Source: Gammaproteobacteria bacterium
GTDB lineage: Bacteria; Pseudomonadota; Gammaproteobacteria; Eutrophobiales; Eutrophobiaceae
DNA: 64,000 bases
NCBI GenBank assembly: GCA_965116495.1
Contig: OZ220696.1
Coordinates: forward strand, 2,432,001-2,496,000
Direction of reading: 5' to 3'
Shown: in pieces, positions 19,443-28,066 of the stretch
How the letters are laid out: the number at the start of each line of letters is the position of its first letter
How positions within the stretch are numbered: position 1 is the stretch's first letter
Translations under genes and position numbers: made by a program
Notes under the pieces: generated by a model
The model's database searches: none
The model's input: the letters and a program-made list of their open reading frames with translations, nothing else
Told to the model about the DNA's origin: nothing

Positions 19443-20723
19443 ATGAATGAGACACTTTCCCTGAACACGAAGGCGATTCTGCTATTGACCGCGCCCTTGA
19501 TCCTGGGCCGCGGCAAAGGCAAAGAATCCAACGACCTGCTCAAGCCGCGGGAATACACAAAACTCGCCTGTTATCTCCAGGATACGAGCAGGCAACCCGC
19601 CGATTTACTGGGTTTGGAAGCGGATCAAATTCTCAGAGATTCCCACCACATAGTTGGCAAGGATCGGCTCAGGCGTTTGCTGGACCGAGGCTTTCTGTTG
19701 AGTCAGACTGCAGAACGCTGGGGAGCAAGAGGGATCTGGGTGCTTAGCAGGGCTGATGACGATTATCCGAAGAAACTCAAAATACGCTTGAAACAGGATT
19801 CACCAAGCCTGCTGTACGGTTGTGGAGACCGGGAGATACTTAATAGTGGAGGATTGGCGGTTGTCGGTTCACGCAACGCGAATGATGCACTGCTTGAGTA
19901 CACTCAGGAAGTCGGACGATTAACGACAAAGGCTGGCAGAACTATAGTCTCCGGTGGGGCAAGGGGTATTGACCAGGCGGCCATGTCCGGCGCATTAGAG
20001 GCGGGAGGCAGAGTCACGGGCGTTCTGGCGGATGGCCTTGAAAAAACAGTAATGAAACGTGACAATCGAAATCGACTACTGGAAGATCAACTCGTCCTGA
20101 TCTCACCCTACGACCCAAACGCGGGCTTTAACGCCGGCCACGCAATGCAGCGCAACAAAGTGATCTATGCCTTGGCGGACGCGGCTCTGGTAGTAAACGC
20201 GGAGATAAACAAAGGCGGAACCTGGGCCGGGACAAAAGAGCAATTGGAAAAGCTCCGCCTAGTGCCTGTTTATGTGCGTTCCACCGGTGAGAAATCTGGA
20301 GCGCTTGATGCCTTAAAAAGCAAAGGCGCCATGCCGTGGCCGAATCCGGCAGATGCAGACGATCTCAACGCTGTCTTTCAGACTGGATCGTCCAAGGCTA
20401 CAACCCCTCCGACCCAAAGTAATTTAGCTTTCGATGCTCAACATGAATCCGTGAAACCTGGGTTAATGACGGGTGTAACACCCGATTTACAGGTAGCCGA
20501 AGATCCGGTTCTCAGCCCCGCCGAAGAACTGTACCAAACGATACAGTCGTTGATTATCCATATCCTTGAAAAACCCAAAAAAACTGTGGAAGTTGCTACG
20601 GAACTGAATGTCACGAAACGTCAAGCGGAAGATTGGCTGAACCGGCTCGTTGTGGAAGGTATTCTGGAGAAAGGCGGCAGGCCGATAAGGTATGCTATTC
20701 GGCAAAACAGCTTGCCGGGGTAG
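19443..20723 (+). CDS. psyrA: DprA-like protein (PsyrA/RqlI antitoxin)
   Basis: [30 protein letters not shown]; C-terminal wHTH; starts 2 bp after the helicase stop. Confidence 0.88.
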   Translation: MNETLSLNTKAILLLTAPLILGRGKGKESNDLLKPREYTKLACYLQDTSRQPADLLGLEADQILRDSHHIVGKDRLRRLLDRGFLLSQTAERWGARGIWVLSRADDDYPKKLKIRLKQDSPSLLYGCGDREILNSGGLAVVGSRNANDALLEYTQEVGRLTTKAGRTIVSGGARGIDQAAMSGALEAGGRVTGVLADGLEKTVMKRDNRNRLLEDQLVLISPYDPNAGFNAGHAMQRNKVIYALADAALVVNAEINKGGTWAGTKEQLEKLRLVPVYVRSTGEKSGALDALKSKGAMPWPNPADADDLNAVFQTGSSKATTPPTQSNLAFDAQHESVKPGLMTGVTPDLQVAEDPVLSPAEELYQTIQSLIIHILEKPKKTVEVATELNVTKRQAEDWLNRLVVEGILEKGGRPIRYAIRQNSLPG

Positions 20724-20751
20724 AGATAACCCGGTGATTAAACCTGAATAA

Positions 20752-21732
20752 ATGAACGGCAACCTGTCCGAAACCCAAGACCTGAAAGAATCGCGTCTAC
20801 TGAAATTGCCTGAACCGGAAATTCAGGAGAATAACCCGTGGGCAGATGATGCACTGAGACGATCCGATATCGCTGAAAAACTGACGAAACTCATCAGCGG
20901 ACAGTCTCACCCATTCGTCATCAGCCTGCTGGAGGAGCAACGACAGGCCGTCATCCATCGCGCAGTAACCCGGGGCCTCGACCCGAATGTTCGCCTCAAA
21001 CCCTCCGGGGTCGAGTGGCTAGGAGATATTCCAGCGCATTGGGAATGCAGAAGACTGAAGACGATGGGGCGTATCCGCTATGGCTTAGGCCAACCACCTC
21101 GTGAAATGCCAGATGGATTACCTTTAATTCGCGCTGCCAACGTAGACCATGGCCATATCATTGATAAGGATCTGGTCTACGTCGACCCCTCAGCGGTGCC
21201 TGATGGTCGCGATGCTATTCTCAGGGAAAAGGAAATTATAGTGGTTCGGAGTGGCGCATATACGGCTGACTCAGCTATTATTCCAAAAGACTTCGAAGGC
21301 GCTGTCACAGGTTACGACATGGTTGTAACTATAACAAAAGCAATGCCTGAATTCGTTGCTATGGTATTGCTTTGCGCATCTGTGCGGGATGATCAATTAA
21401 TAGTGGAAAGTACCCGCTCTGCCCAACCACACGTGAACGCCGAAGAACTGGGAATGTCGCTACTGTTACTTCCCCCCATAGAGGAACAGTCGGCAATAGT
21501 TGAGTATCTTGACAAAGTCATCGCCGACATTGACACGGCTATTAACCGCGCCCGCCGCGAAATCGAACTCCTGAAAGAATATCGCACCCGCCTGATCGCC
21601 GATGTGGTTACCGGGAAACTTGACATGCGTGAAGCGGCATTTAAACTACCAGAAGTACCTGACGAGTTGACCCTTTCAAACAAGGTTGATGACGTAACCC
21701 GGATGAAGACGTTCGAAGATCACGTTCATTGA
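20752..21732 (+). pseudogene. Chimeric ORF: KAP-family NTPase N-terminus fused in frame to the C-terminal half of type I RM HsdS
   Basis: NPWADDAL.R..IA..L...PFVISL (stops just before Walker A) joined to LLEEQRQAVIHRAVTRGLDP...SGVEWLG.IP.HW ... PPIEEQ ... YRTRLIADVVTGK. Confidence 0.75.
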
Positions 21733-21742
21733 AGCCCTGAAA

Positions 21743-22381
21743 ATGCCAGCACCATGTGAGCCAAAAATATACCACATTGTTCATATAGACCGTCTGGCCT
21801 CGATTATTAAAGACGGCTATCTCTCGTGCGACAAAGAAATAGCGCAACACCCACCTCCCGGAACTACCATTGGGATGAGCAATATCAAGGAGCGACGACT
21901 CAGACTGACCTTAAACAGTCATCCAGACTTGCATGTGGGTGACTGTGTGCCATTTTATTTCTGTCCGCGTTCAGTCATGCTTTATGTTTTATTCCGAGCG
22001 AACCATCCCGAATTGCCTTATCGAGGAGGGCAAGAACCAATTATTCATCTTGAGGCAGACTTACAACAAACCGTCAAATGGGCAGACCGGAACAATCTGC
22101 GTTGGGCTTTTACTCTTTCGAATGCTGGCGCCTTCTACTTTGAAGACCGGTGCGACATGGCGCAGTTGAATGAGATTAACTGGGGGGCTGTCGAAGCCTT
22201 GAACTGGCAGGACTGTCAAGAGGGTAAACAGGCAGAATTCCTGATTGAAAAGCAGTTCCCGTGGTCGTTGGTTTCTCGTATCGGCCTCCGGACGCAAATG
22301 GTAAAAAAGCAAGTGAATGATATACTCAATAATGCTCCGCATAATCCACAGGCCGAAATTATCACTAAGTGGTATTATTAG
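21743..22381 (+). CDS. darT: DNA ADP-ribosyltransferase toxin DarT (DUF4433)
   Basis: YHIVH, VPFYFCPRS.MLY, SNAG, KQAEFL catalytic Glu, WYY end. Confidence 0.92.
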   Translation: MPAPCEPKIYHIVHIDRLASIIKDGYLSCDKEIAQHPPPGTTIGMSNIKERRLRLTLNSHPDLHVGDCVPFYFCPRSVMLYVLFRANHPELPYRGGQEPIIHLEADLQQTVKWADRNNLRWAFTLSNAGAFYFEDRCDMAQLNEINWGAVEALNWQDCQEGKQAEFLIEKQFPWSLVSRIGLRTQMVKKQVNDILNNAPHNPQAEIITKWYY

Positions 22382-22396
22382 AGGGGGTGCAGGAAT

Positions 22397-23458
22397 ATGA
22401 TCGAGTTCAAGACAGGCAACATCCTCACCGAAGATGCCGAAGCATTGGTCAATACCGTTAATTGCGTTGGTTTTATGGGGCGCGGTATAGCGCTTCAGTT
22501 CAAAAAAGCCTTTCCCGATAACTTCAAGTCCTATTCCGCAGCCTGTAAACGAGAGGAAGTACGGCCGGGACAGATGTTTGTCTTCCAGACTGGTCAACTG
22601 ACGAATCCCCACCACATCATCAACTTTCCTACAAAACGGCACTGGAAAGGCAAGAGTCGCATGGAGGATATTGACTCTGGTCTTATGGCACTGGCAGAGG
22701 AAATCCGGTCACGCAATATTCAGTCGATCGCTATACCACCTTTGGGCAGCGGGCTGGGAGGGCTGGATTGGTTTGAAGTGAGGCCGCGCATTGAGAAGAT
22801 GTTGCAACAATTTAATAACTTGAGAGCTATTGTGTATGAGCCAGATGATTCATTGGCAGATACCAAGGTTAATCGCTCGACTGATGTGCCTGCCATGACA
22901 GCAGGAAAAGCCGTTTTGATTAGTCTGATAGATCGCTACATTCGTGGGCTCCTAGACCCGTTTATTACCCTGTTGGAAGTGCATAAACTCATGTATTTCA
23001 TGCAGATTGCGGGAGAACCCTTGCAACTTCATTATAAAAAAGCCATCTATGGGCCTTATGCTGAAAATCTTCGGCATGTGCTGAATGCCATTGAAGGACA
23101 TCTAGTATCCGGCTATGCGGATGGCGGTGACGACCCTGACAAGCAATTAAACCTCGTCCCTGGCGCGCTGGAAGATGCGAATGAATTTCTACAGGATCAG
23201 GAGCAAACCAGGGAGCGATTTGAGCGAGTTTCCGAACTTGTCGAAGGCTTCGAATCCTCATTTGGACTGGAATTGTTATCCACAGTGCACTGGGTTATAA
23301 GTCAGGAAGCAGCCGAAAGTCTGGAAGATGTAGTTAAACGAACCTATGCTTGGAATGACAGGAAGAAACAGTTTTCCCGCCGTCAAATTGAGCTTGTAAT
23401 CAACGTACTTGCGCGGAAAGGCTGGATTGAGAATGCAGGCGCATTGAATACAGCATGA
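22397..23458 (+). CDS. darG: Macrodomain antitoxin DarG
   Basis: ALVNTVNCVG.MGRGIALQFK, INFPTK.HW, PPLGSGLGGL, KL.YF.Q, YGPYA, GLELL.TV. Confidence 0.93.
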   Translation: MIEFKTGNILTEDAEALVNTVNCVGFMGRGIALQFKKAFPDNFKSYSAACKREEVRPGQMFVFQTGQLTNPHHIINFPTKRHWKGKSRMEDIDSGLMALAEEIRSRNIQSIAIPPLGSGLGGLDWFEVRPRIEKMLQQFNNLRAIVYEPDDSLADTKVNRSTDVPAMTAGKAVLISLIDRYIRGLLDPFITLLEVHKLMYFMQIAGEPLQLHYKKAIYGPYAENLRHVLNAIEGHLVSGYADGGDDPDKQLNLVPGALEDANEFLQDQEQTRERFERVSELVEGFESSFGLELLSTVHWVISQEAAESLEDVVKRTYAWNDRKKQFSRRQIELVINVLARKGWIENAGALNTA

Positions 23459-23775
23459 CCACTGACACCACGGAGCGCGGTCTGGAAAGAATAATATGCG
23501 CCGCGCTGACGGGTCATCCCCGTGACCCGCCTAGGGATAATACGCTTACGGAAATTCCGCCGACTCAAAAGCAAGTAATTTTCGATGAAATAGGAAAAAC
23601 AAGGGTCCCATACGGTGGTGCAGGCAATCCCCCCAACCCCAACGGCCTCAAGATTGACTACCTGTGGAAATAGATTCTGAAACGGGAGAGCCTGACAAAC
23701 ATCATTGAAAACTATGCCCAGGTGGTGACTACGAAAGACGAGAAGACCGGGCAGCAGCTTAGACGAGCTTTATAA
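23455..23775 (+). pseudogene. Type I restriction subunit HsdR remnant (internal deletion, stop codon, truncation)
   Basis: MTTDT.E.GLE N-terminus joined to GAGNPPNPNGLK.DYLWK*IL.RESL..IIENYAQ. Confidence 0.7.
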
Positions 23776-23785
23776 ACATCCACAC

Positions 23786-24865
23786 TTACCCCGCATAACA
23801 CGTCAGCGTATCGTCCAGGTCCGCCTCTTCAAAATCCGGCGTAACCACGGCCTTGCCTATCCCCTGGAGCAACGCCAGGTACAGGCGGCCATGCCTGGTT
23901 TTCTTGTCCACGGCCATCAGTTCCCTGAGTTGTTCGCGCCGGATTGTATCCGGCAGACTGACCGGCAATCCTGCTTTTTCCAGCAACGCGTTAATTCGTC
24001 CGGCGTCGGCTTCGGCCAACCCGGTAGTTTTTACGGACAGGTGAGCGGCCATGGACATGCCCGCGGCCACCGCTTCACCGTGCAGCAAGGTCTCGTAATT
24101 CAAGGCCGTCTCTATAGCGTGGCCGAAGGTGTGTCCCAGGTTAAGCGTGGCGCGCAACCCGGATTCACGTTCGTCCCGGGCTACGATTCCTGCCTTGTTG
24201 CGGCAGGAAACTTCAATTGCATGGACGAGACAGGCCGCGTCGCGCTGGATGAGGCCTTCCATGTTGTCCTCCAGCCAACAGAAGAACTCGTTGTCATTGA
24301 TCAGCCCGTACTTGATAATCTCGGCCACCCCGGCGCGAAACTCACGCGCCGGTAAGGACGCGAGGACATCCGTATCGCTGAGCACCGCGGCAGGCTGGTG
24401 AAATGCGCCGATCATATTTTTCCCCAGTGCGTGATTCACCGCAGTCTTACCGCCCACGGCAGAATCGACCTGTGCAAGTAACGTGGTGGGCACCTGGATA
24501 TAGCGGACTCCGCGCTGGTAACAGGCCGCGGCAAACCCGGTCACATCGCCGATAACCCCGCCGCCCAGGGCGACCAGGGTACAGGTTCGGTTGAACTGAT
24601 GTTCCAGCAACCGGGTAATGATCCCGTTCATGGTTTCAATGGTCTTATGGCGCTCGCCATCCTCGATAATCAGGGTACTGGCCTGCTTGCCGGTTAAACC
24701 TTCCAGCAATGTTTCCAGGTACATGGGGGCGACTACGGTGTTACTGACAATCAGGGTCTGCCCGCTCAGTTGGTTACCGATAAAATCAGCGGCCCGCGAC
24801 AACAGGCCGGCGCCTATATGTATAGGATAGGATCGATTTCCCAGTTCTACGATAACCTGTTTCAT
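23786..24865 (-). CDS. aroB: 3-dehydroquinate synthase
   Basis: GGGVIGD, PTTLLAQVDSAVGGKT, LNLGHTFGHAIE, LHGEAV. Confidence 0.97.
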   Translation of the reverse strand: MKQVIVELGNRSYPIHIGAGLLSRAADFIGNQLSGQTLIVSNTVVAPMYLETLLEGLTGKQASTLIIEDGERHKTIETMNGIITRLLEHQFNRTCTLVALGGGVIGDVTGFAAACYQRGVRYIQVPTTLLAQVDSAVGGKTAVNHALGKNMIGAFHQPAAVLSDTDVLASLPAREFRAGVAEIIKYGLINDNEFFCWLEDNMEGLIQRDAACLVHAIEVSCRNKAGIVARDERESGLRATLNLGHTFGHAIETALNYETLLHGEAVAAGMSMAAHLSVKTTGLAEADAGRINALLEKAGLPVSLPDTIRREQLRELMAVDKKTRHGRLYLALLQGIGKAVVTPDFEEADLDDTLTCYAG

Positions 24866-24976
24866 GCCTGTCTTAACCCGGATTTCTCACTAGGTGATGC
24901 GCTCTCGCTTGTCGGGATACTAAACGGGTTGTCATAGCTGGTTATAGTAAACATATTTCGGATGACAACAAGCGGC

Positions 24977-25513
24977 CTAGTGAGAAATCCGGGTTACTAT
25001 CCTGCTGATCTCTCTGACCACACTCGGTATGCTCCTGTTATTGGTCTCTACCACCGTGTCTGCCAGTTGCCGGTAAATCGGTTCTCTCTGGGCGAGCAGT
25101 TCACGGATCTTCGCCAGCTTGTCGCCGGACTGGAGCAACGGGCGTCTGCGGTCCAGCCTGACCCTGCCGGCCAGGTGTTCCGCCGCTGCCCGCAGGTAAA
25201 TTATCCAGCCGTTATCCTTGAGTAGCTGCTGGTTTTCCGCAGCCAGCACTGCCCCGCCACCGGTTGCCAGCACGATCCCGCGTTTTTCCACCTGTTCCCT
25301 CAGCATACCCGTTTCCCGCCGGCGGAACCCCTGCTCCCCTTCAATGTCAAATATCACATCTATGCTGACGCCGGTCCTATTTTCAATTTCACTGTCGGAA
25401 TCCAGGAAATCCTTACCCAGTTCCCGCGCCAGTTGCTTGCCGATAGTGGATTTACCTGCGCCCATCAGGCCGATGAGAAAGATATTATCGATGTTGGTTT
25501 TTTTGTTATCCAC
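24977..25513 (-). CDS. aroK: Shikimate kinase
   Basis: GLMGAGKST, GE..FR..E, ATGGG, RPLL. Confidence 0.96.
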   Translation of the reverse strand: MDNKKTNIDNIFLIGLMGAGKSTIGKQLARELGKDFLDSDSEIENRTGVSIDVIFDIEGEQGFRRRETGMLREQVEKRGIVLATGGGAVLAAENQQLLKDNGWIIYLRAAAEHLAGRVRLDRRRPLLQSGDKLAKIRELLAQREPIYRQLADTVVETNNRSIPSVVREISRIVTRISH

Positions 25514-25538
25514 AGGTTACACAGATTATCACAGATGA
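25508..25538. repeat. Solo arm of the CAGAT-periodic palindromic element family
   Basis: atccacaggttacacagattatcacagatga resembles the atccgcagattacgcagattaccgcagat arms at 37580, 38619 and 63136. Confidence 0.55.
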
Positions 25539-25614
25539 TTCAATGACGAATAAGGAGTTTGTCGCTTAATGCCTGTTCCTCAACGGCGTTAAGCAAGGCA
25601 CGAGCGCAAGGAAA

Positions 25615-28062
25615 ATGCGTTATTATGGAATTATGCGATTGTCCTGGTTTTTATTGAAAGCGCTGGTGGTGGTTTTTATCGCCGGCGGCATCTTTGCGGT
25701 CTTTTACATTGTTTCCAACCTGCCGGATATCGATATGTTGCGCGATGTACGTATGCAGGTCCCCTTGCGCGTCTACAGCCAGGACGGATCGCTGATCGCT
25801 GAATTCGGCGAAAAGCGGCGCGCACCGCTTTCGATCGATGACGTTCCCGAACAATTGATCCAGGCATTTATTGCGGCTGAAGACGACCGTTTCTTCGATC
25901 ATCCGGGAGTAGATTGGCAGGGCCTGGTACGGGCCGCTATCTCCCTGCTCAGGACCGGAGAGAAAAAACAGGGCGGCAGCACCATCACGATGCAAGTTGC
26001 CCGCAATTTTTTCCTGTCACGGGAAAAATCCTACATGAGAAAACTGAACGAGATTTTCCTGGCGTTCAAGATAGAGAGAGATCTGAGCAAGAACGAAATA
26101 CTCGAACTTTACCTGAATAAAATCTACCTGGGCCAACGCGCCTATGGCGTAGGCGCCGCGGCCCAGGTCTATTACGGCACCGATATAACCCACCTGAACC
26201 TGGCGCAACACGCGATGCTGGCGGGACTACCCAAGGCTCCCTCCAGAACGAATCCGGTAACAGACCCGGAACAGGCGGTCAACCGCAGGTCTTATGTACT
26301 GCGGCGGATGCTCGAACTCGGTTACATAGACAGTGTCCGTTTCCACGTGGCAGACGGCGCGCCCGTCAGCGCGTCACTGCACAGTCCGAGTATTGACCTG
26401 GAGGCGCCCTATGTTGCCGAGATGGTGCGCAAGCACATGGTTGATGAGTATGGGGACAGCGCCTACAGTGCCGGCTACGTGGTTACGACTACCGTTCGCG
26501 ACACGCTCCAGGATGCCGCGAACCGGGCCCTGAAACTGGCCCTGCTGCAATACGATGAAAGACACGGTTACCGCGGCCCCGAAAGCAATTACGAGCTGGA
26601 ACCTGATGATGCCGGGGATGAGTGGGATCAACTGCTTGGACCGTATTCCGCCATAGGCGGCCTGTTACCGGCATTGGTTACCGAAGTGCGTGATCTTTCC
26701 GCATCGGCCTGGCTTTCCGGTACCGGTTTAATCGATATCGAATGGAACGGCATGAGTTGGGCGCGCAGGTATTTCAATGAAAACCGGCGCGGACGAGCGC
26801 CCAGGAATGCCGACGAAATCGTCAAACCCGGTGATATCGTCAGGGTAAGAAAGGACCCTGAAACGGGGTGGCGCCTGGCGCAGATACCCACCATCGAAGG
26901 GAGCCTGGTTTCAATGGACCCGCACAACGGGGCCACCCTGGCCCTGGTCGGCGGCTTTGATTTCTATCGCAGTAAATTCAATCGTATCACCCAGGCCGAA
27001 CGCCAACCCGGTTCAAGCTTCAAACCGTTTATCTACTCGGCTGCGTTGGAGAACGGCTTTTCCGCAGCCAGCATCATCAATGATGCGCCTATCGTTTACA
27101 ACGATCCCAGTATCGAAGATAAATGGCGTCCTGAAAATTACAGCGGCAGGACATTCGGCCCGACCGGGTTGCGGGAGGCTCTGCGCCGCTCAAGAAACCT
27201 CGTATCCATCCGTCTGCTGCACGCAATCGGAGTTCGGAAAGCACTCCGGCACGTTGCCAAGTTCGGATTTGATGTTGACGCATTGCCTGGTAATCTTTCC
27301 CTGGCCCTGGGTAGCGGCGCCATAACCCCCTGGCAACTGGCCAGTTCCTACACGGTGTTCGCCAATGGCGGTTACCGCGTCGAACCATTCTTCATCGAGC
27401 GGATTGAGACCTATACCGGAGACCTGCTGTTTCAGGCGAAACCTGTTACCGTATGTGCCGGTTGCCCTGCCGGCGCTACCGGCGAGAATGAACCTGCAAG
27501 CACAGGTACAGTGGAGTCAGACGAGACCCCCGATGCGGTCCCGGTTGAACTGAACATTGCCAAACGTGTAGTCAACCCGCAAAATGCTTGGATAATGAAC
27601 GAGCTTACCCGGGACGCCGTCAGGCGCGGCACCGGCGCGAGGGCCTACCGGGAACTGAAACGGGATGATCTCTCCGGAAAGACGGGCACCACAAACGAGC
27701 AACGTGATGCCTGGTTTGCCGGCTATAATCCATCTGTCGTAGCCGTAACCTGGGTAGGTTTCGATGATTTCGGGCCGATGGGTCAGGGTGAAACAGGCAG
27801 CAGAAGCGCTTTATCGATATGGATTGATTATATGCGGACCGCCCTGGATGACGTTCCGGTGAACCTGGGAGAACGTCCCGCGGATATTGTTACCATCAGG
27901 ATCAACAGGGAAACAGGCTGTCCGGCAAAAGCCGGCGATACGGATGCGGAATTTGAAGTTTTTATGGCGAACCGGTTGCCCGATGCCAGGGAGTGCAGCA
28001 GGATTGATTTGCCCTTTGACAGCAGTCCTGAAAAGCCTGATGCTCCCGACCGGCTGTTCTGA
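25615..28062 (+). CDS. mrcA: Penicillin-binding protein 1A
   Basis: EDDRFF.H.G, GGSTITMQ, RK..E transglycosylase motifs; SSFK, SRN and KTG transpeptidase motifs. Confidence 0.96.
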   Translation: MRYYGIMRLSWFLLKALVVVFIAGGIFAVFYIVSNLPDIDMLRDVRMQVPLRVYSQDGSLIAEFGEKRRAPLSIDDVPEQLIQAFIAAEDDRFFDHPGVDWQGLVRAAISLLRTGEKKQGGSTITMQVARNFFLSREKSYMRKLNEIFLAFKIERDLSKNEILELYLNKIYLGQRAYGVGAAAQVYYGTDITHLNLAQHAMLAGLPKAPSRTNPVTDPEQAVNRRSYVLRRMLELGYIDSVRFHVADGAPVSASLHSPSIDLEAPYVAEMVRKHMVDEYGDSAYSAGYVVTTTVRDTLQDAANRALKLALLQYDERHGYRGPESNYELEPDDAGDEWDQLLGPYSAIGGLLPALVTEVRDLSASAWLSGTGLIDIEWNGMSWARRYFNENRRGRAPRNADEIVKPGDIVRVRKDPETGWRLAQIPTIEGSLVSMDPHNGATLALVGGFDFYRSKFNRITQAERQPGSSFKPFIYSAALENGFSAASIINDAPIVYNDPSIEDKWRPENYSGRTFGPTGLREALRRSRNLVSIRLLHAIGVRKALRHVAKFGFDVDALPGNLSLALGSGAITPWQLASSYTVFANGGYRVEPFFIERIETYTGDLLFQAKPVTVCAGCPAGATGENEPASTGTVESDETPDAVPVELNIAKRVVNPQNAWIMNELTRDAVRRGTGARAYRELKRDDLSGKTGTTNEQRDAWFAGYNPSVVAVTWVGFDDFGPMGQGETGSRSALSIWIDYMRTALDDVPVNLGERPADIVTIRINRETGCPAKAGDTDAEFEVFMANRLPDARECSRIDLPFDSSPEKPDAPDRLF

Positions 28063-28066
28063 CGTA

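Noticed and set aside
17371-20723. Housekeeping recQ and competence dprA, or a wholly novel pair
   Set aside because: The PRTase fusion and tight coupling match the described PsyrTA/RqlHI system
15321-23785. Prophage or autonomous integrative element
   Set aside because: No integrase, transposase, phage structural gene or flanking direct repeat was seen
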